Notes: generated by a model from the letters alone, not told the origin. A DNA stretch of 51,646 nucleotides from Octopus sinensis (GCF_006345805.1 NW_021835026.1:1-51646); one strand, 5' to 3'. Positions 1-13,126 are shown, numbered from the stretch's first letter. A program made the numbers and translations.

Positions 1-159
1 CGCGCGCGTGTGGTGTACATATGCGTCACTGGATAGCGATCTTGGTAGAATACCGCTTTCAAGTATTTTAGTTAATCCTATCGGAGCCAAAACTTATTTC
101 GAGCATATAGATATTTTATCGATTTATATCGATCAACGAAGTTGAATTATGCAATACGA

Positions 160-470
<311 letters not shown>

Positions 471-926
471 TACAAGGAGTTTTCAACGAACGTAATGTAA
501 TAGGTATATACTATGAGTGTTCAGCATGGTTTACCAGTAAGGCTCCGACTTGAACTGCAAATGAAAAAATTGGTGTTGAGACTGCTTACCGGAGGCTGCT
601 AGAAGTGGTTTCTCCTTAAGCGGGTGGATATAGATTAAAGTAAAAAATTAAAATACAAAATTGATGTCAACCGTTGGTTAAAAGAATTGCATCGCAACCG
701 CATGCTTTCGGGTTTGCCTCACAGCGCTGCGCAACATATCGCATGTGTACCTTCTCCTGCAGCTTTGGGTTGGCCAGTAGCTTTCGAGTGATATTTAGTA
801 GAAGCAGCGTTAGATTAACCATTAAGCAAAATAAGCACGTGCTTAGAGCATCAACGGAAATGGGCACCACGGAAATGGTTTACGGTACAAAAGAAATCAC
901 TTTATACTTGCTAAAATAATATTCGG

Positions 927-1040
927 AATGCCTTAGCTCTACTAAATATAAAAGCAGGTTTGTTGCGGGAGATTAATTTTGAGGATCTGATCAAAGACTT
1001 TGCAATTGAAAAAAAAAAAGTAGGAGAAAACTTTTTAAAT
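927..1040 (+). pseudogene. Decayed C-terminus of a hAT-superfamily (ZMYM1-like) transposase
   Basis: From 927 it translates as NALALLNIKAGLLREINFEDLIKDFAIEKK, then (frameshift in the A-run) SRRKLF. This resembles the end of the hAT C-terminal dimerisation region (LxxLALLxIExxLLxxIxFxDLIxxFAxxKSRK). No intact upstream frame. Confidence 0.6.
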
Positions 1041-1269
1041 ATAAATAAATGACAAGCGTAAAAAAGTAAACATTATCTTCCGCCTTACTGTTAGCTTTGT
1101 TTCATTTTGAAAAATAAAATATATATGTTTTATAGTTAACTATCACTTATATTTTGAATTACACACCCACACAAACACACTAACACACAAACACACACAC
1201 CCACACACAACACATATATATATATATTATTATATATATTATAATATTATATATATATATAATAATTTA

Positions 1270-1440
1270 ATAAATAAAATATATGCATACATACATATAT
1301 GTACGTACCTACATCTACATGTATATATACATGCATATATATATATATATAGATATATATATATATATATATGAATACAGGACACACAGTAAACGTATAG
1401 AACACAAGAGAAACGAAAACAAAAACAAACTAGGAAACGG
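1270..1440. repeat. Dispersed, diverged partial copy of the ~830-bp unit tandemly repeated at 30535-32950
   Basis: Shares taaaatatatgcatacatac..atatatgtacgtacctacatctacatgtatatatacatgcatatat, then acaggaca and an A-rich aaac-repeat stretch, with the start of each unit. Confidence 0.75.
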
Positions 1441-1703
1441 ACTTTTTTTAACAACGAAAAAACAGAGTACAAGACAAACAATACATGTACTCATAAAACT
1501 TCAAATTTCCGCACTAAGGCACGGATTTTAGGCCTCATGGTCGTAACCTCAACCGTGCTTTTTCTGTTGTGATTTTTGCTACCCAGCTGTCGGTTATCAT
1601 TTGAATAATCCGTAATAAGATAATTCATTTACTACTTCAATAATCATAATATATATATATATATATATATAATATATATATATATATATGGAGGCACCAA
1701 AAT

Positions 1704-1744
<41 letters not shown>

Positions 1745-2574
1745 CCGATAAAAAACTGCGCTTGAGCGGTGGAGTTGAAAAATTAAAGTGCAAAAGCAAG
1801 AGGCACATGCTAGATTGGCCTCGCGTTTATATGTTTAATCTTGGTGTACCTGCTGACGAAGACTTCGCCTGGCAAATTATTCTATTTGCTAAAAAATTCA
1901 GAAACCATGGTCCAGGAAATAGATGGTAAATGTTTTTATTTTTCGTTCTCTTTGAGATTTTATCCCTAATTAGTGGTTTGGACTTTAGCTGTTTCTTCTA
2001 GTGTAAGGGAGTCCTATGATGGATACCTCTTAATGTTTTTAAATGCACACTGTATTATATATACCTGCGGTATACTACCAACAAGTAGTATCTAGCAGTC
2101 GTTTTACCTTGCTATGAACTTAGTGCTATGGCGTCCTACTTGTTGATACGCCTAGATTCTAACAAATCCTGTAAATAATCTCTCTCTCAACTCTCTCTCT
2201 CTCACCCCCTCCCTCTCTCACCCCTTCTCTCTCTTTTTGAATATATGTGTGTATGTATATATAAGTATATGTATATATATATTTATGTATGTATATATAT
2301 ATATTTACATACAAATATACATATATATATATATATTATATATATATATTCACACACATATGAATATATAGATAGATGTATAGATATATAGATAGACAGA
2401 TACATAGATAGATATACATACGTACACACACACACTCATGTATATATATATATATAGTATATATAATATTGCCACAAAGAGGAATAGGGTTACATGGAGT
2501 AGTGGATTGGTAAACTAATGCAATCATTTTATGGAGCCTCATATACTCCATCATACAGAAAACACCCCCCACTG

Positions 2575-2605
<31 letters not shown>

Positions 2606-2679
2606 TGTGTGTGTGCGAGTGAGTGTTGTTTGTGTGGGCATGCCGACAACCTTTAAGAAACATTAGCGCTATTAGGATA

Positions 2680-2766
<87 letters not shown>

Positions 2767-2785
2767 TAATAATAACAACAATAAC

Positions 2786-2825
<40 letters not shown>

Positions 2826-2915
2826 TAATAATAATAATAATAACAACAATAATAATAATAATAATAATAACAACAACAATAATAATAATAACAATAATCA
2901 TAATAATGATAACAA
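2680..2915. repeat. (ACT)n/(AAT)n/(AAC)n trinucleotide tract
   Basis: Directly visible. Confidence 0.97.
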
Positions 2916-3290
2916 TACAACTATGGTGGGCTGCGACAAATAACCATACCATCAGTGTTGCCCGGCCAATCTTGTGTGACCTTTGCTTAATGGCGTCTTG
3001 TTAATATGATTACAGAAATAGCATATTTCCGTCTTGATACACCCAGTTCTACGTATATCTCACTGCCCTCTTACACACACACACACACACACACACGTTG
3101 TTTCAGTTATCAAACTAGGCTCTTCAGTGAGGGTCAGAGGGTGCTTTACCGTTCTATTATATGGTTCAATTGTTCTAGAATTGATTTAGGGCGCTCTTTT
3201 TTTGTGTGTGTGTGGTTGTTTTTGTTTCTTGTTTTCGTCTGTTTCTTTACCTTGAACTTAACGGAAATGTTCCGGTGCAAAATTCTTCAA

Positions 3291-3331
<41 letters not shown>

Positions 3332-3924
3332 ACACACACACACACATACACACATGCACACAGACACGCACACACACACATACACATTATATATATCGTT
3401 ATAAAAAGCAAAGTTTGTTTGTACATTGACCGCTGAAAATAGATTAAATTTATATTTCAGATTTCATGTCATTTCAATTAATTTCCCCATTCTGCAAATA
3501 ACGGTGCACTTATATTTCCGAAAATGAAATTGGAGGTGGGGAGCGAGTTGGTGGTGTACTGGCTCTTATTTCTAGCAATCCACGTACTGCCTATTTCACT
3601 GTAATGGTAGTGGCGGCGGCGGTGGTGGTCGTAGAGGTGGTCGTGGTCGTGGTTGTAGAATCGTTAGATAGTCGACAAAATAAATGTTTTGCCCTATTCG
3701 TTCCGGTTCCTTACATTTTGATTTCAAACCCCACCGATGTCTACTTAGCCTTTCATCTTAGCCAGTCGAGCTCTGAGGTGATGTATGTATGCATGTATGT
3801 ATGTATGTATGTATGTATGTATGTATGTATGTATGTATGCATGTATATATATATGTGTGCATGTATGTATGCATGTATGCATGCATATATGTATGCATGT
3901 ATGTATGTGTGCGTGGGCGCGATC

Positions 3925-4095
3925 GTGTGTGTATCTTTGTACTTGCATTGTCCCCCACCACCGCTTAACGACCGGTTTGGGTTTGTTTATGTCGCTGTAA
4001 CTTAGCAGTTTAGGTAAAGGTGGCCAATAGAATAATTACCAGGCTGAAAAAACTAAGTACTGGGGTCGATTTACTTTGACTGACCCCTTTAAGGT
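3925..4095 (+). mobile_element. Old, diverged 3' half of SINE family B
   Basis: Matches the B tail motifs gtcgctgtaacttagcagtt..aatagaataattaccaggc..aagtactggggtcgattt. Confidence 0.65.
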
Positions 4096-4363
4096 CCCTC
4101 TTCATTATGACCCCAAATCTAATGACTGAAACGAATAAAATATTTAAAAACAAAACAAACAAAAAATAAATCCATTCTTAAGTCCTGAGGAACAACAACT
4201 GTCGAGGTTTGTCCAAGGTCACCTTGTCCATCTTCGCTGAAAGACACAGAATGGACAATGGAAAGAATACGATATGTCGAATTTGTCGCCCCCATATTGG
4301 AATAAAAAGTATAAACTTCTGTTTGATGGATATATATATACACGCACGCACGCACACACACAC

Positions 4364-4424
<61 letters not shown>

Positions 4425-4435
<11 letters not shown>

Positions 4436-4578
4436 CGACGGGCTTTTTCAGTTTCCGTCTACCAAATCCACTCACAATGCTTTGGTCGGCCCGACACTTA
4501 ACCAAGGTGCCAAACAGTGGGACTGAACCCGGAATCATGTGGTTGGTAAACAAGCTACTTACTACACTCCTGCGCCTA
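4425..4578 (-). mobile_element. SINE family B, 5' half (tRNA-like head plus CORE-like segment)
   Basis: The reverse complement reads taggcgcaggagtgtagtaagtagcttgtttaccaaccacatgattccgggttcagtcccactg..accttgg..gtagacggaaactgaaaaagcccgtcgt, matching the full copies at 46058 and 50494. Confidence 0.9.
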
Positions 4579-4629
4579 CACACCAACACACAGACACACA
4601 CTACACACACACACCACACAATATGTATG

Positions 4630-4683
<54 letters not shown>

Positions 4684-5421
4684 TACTTACATACGAGGGC
4701 AAGCGAGTAAGTACACAAGCTTAGCCACATGCTAAAGGAAGACGCCAAATGACTGTAATCTACCTTAAATATCATATAAACACGCGCCGAAATCGGAGGA
4801 TTAAAGGAAAAAGATTCATGAAAAGATTCAATTACATATCAATTGAGTTCAGGATTACGGCGAAAATCCCATTTTCCATCGTACACAGTATACGATCCAT
4901 ACATTGGTAATGTCACATATATTGTTCAACTGAAATTACGGGACATCACAATCGTCTCTACCGGTTTCTATCGCAAATTTACTTTTGTTTTTGTTACAAA
5001 GGACAACTCACTTTCACTTTTTTTATAGGGCAACTTCCACTTTCTTTTTCACGACTGCAAACTGCATGTTAACCACTGAATCACACAAGAAATGCACAAT
5101 TCAGGAAAGCGGTTTCAAACACAGGCGTTGAAAGATTTATGGGAGGTTGTAGGAACAGTAATGCTAATGCCCCCAGTGACGCCGAAAATAATCTGGTTGG
5201 AACCGGTAAAAGAGCGAAACTTGGCGACAACGAAATATATTTTGCCTGGGATTCGCCAAAATTCTTGGGACGAAAGAAAGAAATGAGATTTTAATCATAC
5301 AACACATGTTGTACGATAGACTGTACAAAAAAAATAATAAATAGCTACGTTCAACTTCATACATTCATAAGTACAAACATATATGTGTTTATGCTTGTAC
5401 GCACGCACACACACATACACA

Positions 5422-5484
<63 letters not shown>

Positions 5485-5579
5485 AACAACTGATGATTTA
5501 CTCGGTTGCGACTCAGAGTTTCTCGTCACCTGAAAACATTCAAAAAACAAAAATATTATCGCTACGATCGCATACATAA

Positions 5580-6370
5580 GTGAATGTATGTGTGTTTATG
5601 TGTGCGTGAGTGTGTACGTGTGTTTGTGTGTATGTATGTATGTGTGTGCGCGTGTGTATGTCTGTGTTTGTGTGTAAGTATGTGTAGATAGAAAGTATAC
5701 ATACATACATACATACATACATACATACATACATACATACATGCATACATACATACGTACATACATACGTACATACATACATATATATATATATGCCCAT
5801 TTCTATACGAACACACACACACATATATAAATAAGTACGTACACGCACACATATATATACATATATTTATACACTCATGCATACAGATATGCATACGCAC
5901 ACAAATACCTACATACACATACAACTACATACACACACACATACATACATGCATACATACACGTGTACACATACACACATACATACGCGCACATATATAC
6001 ATACATACACACATACATACACATACATACACACATACATACACGCAGACATATATATACACACATACATACATGCATACATATACGTGCATACACACAT
6101 ACACGCACATATACATATATACACGCACACATGCATATATACATACACACATACATACACACACATACATACATATATACATACATACACACATACATAC
6201 ACGCACACATACATACATACACACACATACATACATACATACATGCACACATACATAATAAACATACATACATACACATACGCATACAGACACACATACA
6301 TATATACATTCACCCACCCCACGCCCACACACGCACACACACACACATACATACGTATACACACGCATGC
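5580..6370. repeat. Degenerate (CA)/(TACA)/(TG) compound microsatellite
   Basis: Directly visible; source of the many YIHT/CMYV ORFs. Confidence 0.95.
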
Positions 6371-6684
6371 ACAGACGCGCAGAGGAGACATATAATGGTG
6401 GTCATATTTACAATTGGCGACATGGAGACAATAATTCGTTTAGCAACAGACAAATGTCATTAGAAATATGGATATTTTATACGTTGGTGATTCTTGCTTC
6501 CTGTAATGAAGAGGTCCAGTCTGACATTTTGGTTTGGAGCCAAACTCTGTAACGGAACCAACTTCACAGAGGTTCCAACATCATATCTGATCTTTGAATT
6601 TGCTCTCCTCTAAGATTTCTGACCATTCCTAACTAGTCTAAACAGCCAAATTATCATTTCGTATTCTTTCATCATTAACACGGT

Positions 6685-6702
6685 TTATTGTTATTATTAT
6701 TA

Positions 6703-6764
<62 letters not shown>

Positions 6765-6843
6765 GTTATCATCATCATCATTATTATTATTATTATTATT
6801 ACTATTATTATTATTATTATTATTATTGTTATTATTATTATTA

Positions 6844-6889
<46 letters not shown>

Positions 6890-7125
6890 CATTATCATCA
6901 TCATCATCATCATCATCATCATTATCATCATCATCATCGTCATCATGGCATCAACATCATCATCATCATCGTCGTCATCATCATCATCATCATCATCATC
7001 ATTATCATCATCATCATCATCGTCATCATCGTCATCATCATCACCCTCATCATCATAACTGTTGCCGTTCTGGTTACAGCAGCGATAATGATTATGATGA
7101 TGATGATGATGTTAACGACATACAC
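6685..7125. repeat. (TTA)n grading into (CAT)n trinucleotide tract
   Basis: Directly visible. Confidence 0.97.
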
Positions 7126-7447
7126 TAATTTAGTTATATAGAATATGGTTCATTAGAAAAAAATAATAAATGAATAAATAAATAGATAAATAAACAATTT
7201 TGTTGTTATTTTTTGTGTTGTTGCTCTTTTTGTTGTTGTACATGTAATCCTTTTGTTGCCCTTTATTGTTTTCCTCGAATTTTCGGCTGATTGTATGTCT
7301 GTAGGAGTGTATGACCAGATCAATTATTCCTATTTGCCTTCTTTTTTTACCCAACTATTATTATTATTATTACTATTATTATCATCATCATCATTGTTAT
7401 CATTATTGTTGTTGTTGTTGTTATTGTTGTTGTTGTTGTTATTGTTG

Positions 7448-7500
<53 letters not shown>

Positions 7501-8035
7501 GAGTGAGAGAGCAGTTCATGCCATCAAAGTGACACTGGGGTACATATATACGAAGCCCAGTATACCCATCATGACTACCCGTCTGATAAGGGTACACCGG
7601 GCACATGCATCACAACCATATGTTCGCGATATGGTGATCTCATATCAAGATAAACAGCACATGACCTTGCAGGTGGGGCCCACTTAGAATTTTCCTCAGG
7701 TTGAGTAGCCCATCCCGCTCAAAAGGTCCCTGAATAAGGGTTGTTTAAGGATGTTGAAAGAACCACCCATGTTTCCAGAGGTGAATTATTCAAACCCCAA
7801 AGAATCCCTCTCAACACATGGCTATGATGCTCCCCCACTACTTCTGCTCGTGATCAGAGATGCACATATCGTCAGCCACTAAGGGACATGCTCAACTGGT
7901 TAAGGTCAAACAACTGACAAGCAAATCTGTGGTATTGAGCAGAATATTTGCTGTAGCCCATCTTTTATACCAAGACAAAACAATGTACATGATAACACTT
8001 CTAATCAGTTAAGATCAGAAGCCATGAGAGCCACT
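7501..8035 (-). mobile_element. Non-coding retroposon sharing the 3' tail of an R4/Dong-like LINE; its 3' end abuts an (AAT)n array
   Basis: Near-identical to 9245-9815. Its 3' ~430 nt is the reverse complement of 11430-11846. In element sense the end tctctcactc runs directly into the (AAT)n tract at 7358-7500. Confidence 0.8.
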
Positions 8036-8075
8036 ATGGTTGTTGTTGTTGTTATTAGTATTATTACTGTTATCT

Positions 8076-9062
8076 AAGGTGGTGAGCTAGCAGAAACGTT
8101 AGCACGTCGGGCGAATTGCTTAGCGGTATAAAGTCTGTGGCTACGTTCTGAGTTCAAATTCTGTCGAGGTCGACTTTACCTTTCATCCTTTCGGGGTCGA
8201 TAAATTAAGTACCAATTACGCACTGGGGTCGATATAATCAACTTAATCCGTCTGTCTGTCCTTGTTTGTCCCCTCTGTGTTTAGCCCCTTGTGGGTAGTA
8301 AGGAAATAGGTATTAAGTCTGTGGCTACGTTCTAAGTTCAAATTCTGTCGAGACCGACTTTACCTTTCATCCTTTCGGGGTCGATAAATTAAGTACTAGT
8401 TACACTCTGGGGTCGATATAATCGACTTAATCCGTCTGTCTGTCCTTGTTTGTCTTCTCTGTGTTTATTCCTTTGTTGGTAGTAAAGAAATAGAAATAGG
8501 TATTAAGTCTGCCGCTACGTTCTGGTTTGAAATTCCGCCGAGGTTGACTTTGCCTTTCATCCTTTCGAGATCGATAAATTAAGTACCAGATGAACGCTGG
8601 GGTCGATGTAATCGACTGATCCACACCCTCACCTGAATTGCTGCCCTTGTGGCAACAGAACGTTAGCAGGCCGGTCGCAATGCTTAGAGGTATTTCGTCT
8701 GCCGCTACGTTCTGAGTTCAAATTCCGCCGAGGCCGACTTTGCTTTTCATCATTTCGGGGTCGATTAAATAAGTACCAGTTACGCACTGGGGTCGATATA
8801 ATCGACTTCATCCGTTTGTCTGTCCTTGTTTGTCCTCTCTGTGTTTATCCCCTTGTGGGTAGTAAGGAAATAAGTATTTCGTCCGTCTTCACGTTTTGTG
8901 TTCGGGCAAAGAGCTTAGCGATATTTCGTCTGACGCTACGTTCTGAGTTCAAATTCTGCCGAAGTCGACTTTACCTTTCATTCTTTCGGGGCCGACAGAA
9001 GAAGTAGCAGTTATGCACTGGGGTCGATGCAATCCACTAGCTCCCTTCCCCAAATTTCAAAC
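8076..9062 (+). mobile_element. Concatemeric cluster of SINE family A (head + core + linker repeats)
   Basis: Head ggtgagctagcagaaacgttagcacg. The core gagttcaaatt..gaggtcgacttt.cctttcatcctttcggggtcgataaattaagtacc..actggggtcgat occurs five times; linkers lie at about 8246-8308, 8430-8498 and 8808-8872. Confidence 0.9.
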
Positions 9063-9086
9063 ATTGTGACTATAACAGAAAATATA

Positions 9087-9154
<68 letters not shown>

Positions 9155-9212
9155 GTTGTTGTTGTGTTGTTATAATATAATAATAATAATAATAATAATA
9201 ATTAATAATAAT

Positions 9213-9244
<32 letters not shown>

Positions 9245-9812
9245 GTGTGAGAGAGCAGTTCATGCCATCAAGTGACACTGGGGTAAAATATACGAAGCCC
9301 AATATACCCCATATGACTACCCGTCTGATAAGGGCACCCCGGGCACATGCATCACAACCAAAGGTGCGCGACATATAGTGATCTCATATCAAAAATAAAA
9401 CAGCACATGACTGGCAGGTGGGGGCCCAGTTAGTTAGAATTTTCTTCAGGTTGAGTAGCCCCATCCCGCTCAAACGGTCCCTGAATAAGGTTGTTGTTTA
9501 AGGATGTTTGAAAGAACCACCCATGTTTCCAGAGGTGAAATTATTCAAAACCACAACGAATCCCTCTCAACACATGGCTATGATGGCTCCCCACTACTCT
9601 GCTCGTTGATCAGAGATGCACATATCGTCAGCCACTAAGGGACATGCTCAACTGGTTATGGTCAAACAACTGACAAGCAAATCTGTGGTATTGAGCAGAA
9701 TATTGCTGCTGTAGCCCATCTTTTATACCAAGACAAAACATGTACATGATAACACTTCCAATCAGTTCAGATCAGAAGCCATGAGAGCCACTGCCTTGTA
9801 CTGAATCAGGGC

Positions 9813-9815
<3 letters not shown>
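9245..9815 (-). mobile_element. Second copy of the R4/Dong-tailed non-coding retroposon, flanked on both sides by (TTA)n
   Basis: Same sequence as 7501-8035, extended by gccttgtactgaatcagggcattt; (TAT)n precedes 9245 and (TTA)n occupies 9816-9880. Confidence 0.8.
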
Positions 9816-9879
<64 letters not shown>

Positions 9880-9881
<2 letters not shown>

Positions 9882-10095
9882 GCCGCGAACTCACAGAATC
9901 GTTAGCTCGCCGGACGGAATACCTGGAGGTATTTCTTACCACTCATTAGGCCCTCAATTCAAATGCCGCCGAGGTCGGCTTTGTCTTACATCCTTTTATC
10001 AGGAATCGATATAATAAGTGCCAGTCAAATTACTGGGGTCGATGCAATCAACTAATCTCGCTCTCCACCCACACCCTGTGCCTAAATTTGAAACG
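9880..10095 (+). mobile_element. Diverged SINE family A copy with the non-linker tail
   Basis: aagccgcgaactcacagaatcgttagc..aaatgccgccgaggtcggctttg..tactggggtcgatgcaatc..aaatttgaaac. Confidence 0.8.
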
Positions 10096-10109
10096 TTTAT
10101 TTCTATCAT

Positions 10110-10110
10110 C

Positions 10111-10172
<62 letters not shown>

Positions 10173-10560
10173 CTTCCTTCGTCATCTCCATTGTCGTCTC
10201 TTCATCATCATTCCCATCGTTGTCATCATCATAACCTCCAGCGTCATCTTCATTGTCATCGTCATCACCATCACTTCCATCGTCATCTCCATTGCATCAT
10301 CATCATCATCCTCATTATCCTCATCATCATCGTCGTCGTCATCATCATCATCGCCATCATCATCACTTCCATCGTCATCTCCGTCGTCATCATCAACATA
10401 ATAATTGCCATATCCATCATCATCGTTATCATCGTCATCATCATGGTCATCGTCATCATCATCATAATCATCATTATCATCATTCTCCATCATTATCATC
10501 ATCATCATTATCAACGTCGTCGTCATCGTCATCCTCCTCCTCCTCATCATCATCATCACT
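10110..10560. repeat. (CAT)n/(CGT)n degenerate trinucleotide tract
   Basis: Directly visible; gives poly-His/Ser/Asp pseudo-ORFs. Confidence 0.95.
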
Positions 10561-10804
10561 ACAATTATCCTTAAAGATGGCGATGTCAGAATTTCTAGGG
10601 CTCTGCCAACATGCTCTGCAATATTTCCTTCCATTTCCGAGCTTATAGGTTCAAACCGCGCCTGGCTCGATAAATTAGATATCACTGACGTACAAACACT
10701 GAAGAGAGTTTAATCATCCGTGTTCTTATCACCACCACCACCACTACTCCATCAAAATATTTTGTGTGGCGTTCCGTCTAAATTAAATACTGTTGTTAAT
10801 GTTA

Positions 10805-11277
10805 AGGCGACGAACTGGCAGAAACGTTAGCATGCCAGGTGAAATACTCTGTGGTATTTCATCCGTCTATTATGAAGGCGGCGAGCTGGCAGAAACGTTA
10901 GCACGCCGGGCGAAATGCGTAGCCGTATTTCGTCTGTCGTTACGTTGTGAGTTCAAATTCCGCTGAGGTCGACTTTGCCTTTCATCCTTTCGGGGTCGAT
11001 AAAATTAAGTACCAGTTATGCACTGGGGTCGATGTAATCGACTTAATACCTATGTCTGTCCTTGTTTGTCCCCTCTGTGTTTAACCCCTTGTGGGTAATA
11101 AAGAAATAGGTATTTCATCCGTCTTTACGTTGTGAGTTCAAATTCGCCGAGTTCGATTTTGTTTTTCATCCTAACGGAGTTGATAAAATAAGTATCAATT
11201 GAACATTTGGGAGTCGCTGTAATCGATTTTCCCTCCTTCCCCTGAAATTACTGGTCTTATACCAGAATTTGAAACCA
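10805..11277 (+). mobile_element. SINE family A: extra head, then head-core-linker-core-tail
   Basis: Head fragment at 10805-10870; full head at 10876; linker about 11046-11108; second core 11109-11225; tail ending aatttgaaacc. Confidence 0.9.
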
Positions 11278-11280
11278 ATG

Positions 11281-11846
11281 TTGAGGCGGTGGAGCGTCGG
11301 AACAAAGAGATAGACAAATAGTTGAAGGACATTGGAATAGAATGTCCTGTAGTGCTTCTACAGAAAGTTTGCCTCTTAGGGACGGGAAAGATTACCAGGT
11401 GGGTTCAAAACACTTGAAGGACTATTGAAAGATTTGCTTGTCAGTTGCTTGACCATCACTAGTTGAGAATGTCTCTTAGTGACTGACGATATATGAGCAG
11501 AAATAGTCGGGGAGCATCATAGCCATGTGTTGAGAGGAAATCTCTGGGGGTTAAATAATTGACTTCTGGAAACATGGGTGTTTTGTTCATCATCCTTAAT
11601 CAAACTTTATTCAGGGACCTTTTGAGTGGGATGGTCTACCCGACCTGTAGAAAATGCTAAGTGGGTCCCACCTGTAAGGTTATGCGCTGTATATCTTGTT
11701 ATGAGATCACCATGTCGCACACATATGGTTGTGATGCATGCGCCTGGTGTACCCTTACCAGACGGATAGTCATGATGGATACACTAGGCTTCGTACATTT
11801 TACCCCAGTGTCACTTTGATGGCATGCGCTGTTCTCTCACTCAATA
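11281..11846 (+). mobile_element. 3' end of an R4/Dong-clade (RLE-type) LINE: ORF C-terminus plus 3' UTR
   Basis: Translates as NKEIDK*LKDIGIECPVVLLQKVCLLGTGKITRWVQNT* (stop at about 11415-11417), matching the R4/Dong terminal motif LQKxxLLGTxxIxRxV. The UTR ends ctctcactcaata. Confidence 0.7.
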
Positions 11847-11851
11847 CTCAT

Positions 11852-12219
11852 TTACTCTTTTACTTGTTTCAGTCATTTGACTGAGGCCATACTGGAGCAC
11901 CACCATTAGTCGAGCAAATTGACACCAGGACTTATTCTTCGGAAGCCTAGTACTTATTCTATCGGTCTCTTTTGCCGAACCGTTAAGTTACCGGGACGTA
12001 AACAAACCAGCATCTGTTGTCAAGCGATGTTGGGGGACAAACACAGACACACAAACATACGCACACACATATATATACATATATACCACGGGCTTCTTTC
12101 AGTTTCCGTCTACCAAATCCACTCACAAATCCACTTGCCCAAGGTGCCACGCAGTGGGACCGAACCCGGAACCATGTGGTTGGTAAGCAAGCTACTTACC
12201 ACAGCCACTACTGCGCCTA
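11852..12219 (-). mobile_element. SINE family B, near full length with an internal deletion
   Basis: From tttactcttttacttgtttcagtcatttg (tail) to acagccactactgcgccta (head). Confidence 0.92.
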
Positions 12220-12249
12220 TAATAATAATAATTAAACATAAGGACCTGG

Positions 12250-12626
12250 ATAAGTAAATATAAGGACCTGGAAATTGAAATACAAAAGATGAGGCATCCT
12301 AAAGCAAGAACTGTCTCTGTTATTGTGGGTGCCCTAGGTATGATAAGAAAAGGATATCAAAACATCTAGATAATATCCCAGGAGAATCATGTCTCAGAGA
12401 AATTCAAAACATTGTGCTGACAAGCACTGCCCATATCCTTCGATAAACCCTATCAATTTAAATGTACGTGTTGTATTACATGAATTTCGCTACTGCTCTT
12501 GCCACTTCCCCTCCCCAAGCTTTCAGTCATACGGTAACATGCCTTATCTTTCACTTGCCCTAGGAGGCTTGGTGTGTCTCGGGGAGTGATTGTAACAAAA
12601 ATGCAGATTAAAAGTAAATAATAATG
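12250..12626 (+). mobile_element. 3' end of a second R4/Dong-clade LINE family
   Basis: Translates as KYKDLEIEIQKMRHPKARTVSVIVGALGMIRKGYQ/HLDNIPGESCLREIQNIVLTSTAHILR*TLSI* (one frameshift, one stop). The UTR ends taaaagtaaataataat; an (AAT)n run lies just upstream at 12220-12232. Confidence 0.8.
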
Positions 12627-12684
12627 TATACAGTGAGTTTCTTGTCCTAGATGTCGGGAAGACACGCGGCAAGAAATGGAAATC

Positions 12685-13070
12685 TAAAAACAGAAGAAAT
12701 TCAAAAAAAATTTTAATAGTGCTGATGGGAACTGCTTATATCCTACAAAAAATATTGTCTGTGCCATTCCAAAAATATGTCAATCAGTAAACATCGAAAG
12801 TACTTTTAAATGTACATAATAGCAAAGACTTTTTACCGTCATATTAAGACCACACTGTCATCTTATCCTCAAATTACTTTTAAAACAAACTTTAATATTC
12901 TTATGTTCTGACAGAAACTCACTGGAACGATATTCTGTACGAAACCAATTACAAAGCATCCAAGTCATAATACCGACTTGAACTTCTAACTTGTCTCTTG
13001 AGGTCTCTGGGTGAGACTTGAAGCCAACTTGTACAAATACAATGCAAAAGCAAAATGTTTTAAACAACAA
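12685..13070 (+). mobile_element. 3' end of a third R4/Dong-like LINE family, running into an (AAC)/(GAT)/(AAT)n array
   Basis: EEIQK..VLMGTAYILQKILSV motif at about 12693-12765. The UTR contains gaggtctctgggtgagacttg and is followed by the triplet tract at 13065-13200. Confidence 0.6.
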
Positions 13071-13126
13071 CAACCACAACAATAATAATAATGGTAAAAA
13101 TAATGATGATGATGATGATGATGATG

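Noticed and set aside
5050-5295. Two overlapping open frames in unique-looking sequence (MHNSGKRF.. and ..NNLVGTGKRAKLGDNEIYFAW..)
   Set aside because: No recognisable homology or convincing splice sites.
6454-6552. Signal-peptide-like MSLEIWIFYTLVILASCNEEVQSD
   Set aside because: It stops after 32 codons with no good donor site.
8076-9062. CRISPR-like or regularly spaced repeat array
   Set aside because: The units are ~185-bp SINE segments with constant linkers, not short repeats with unique spacers; the context is eukaryotic and has no cas genes.
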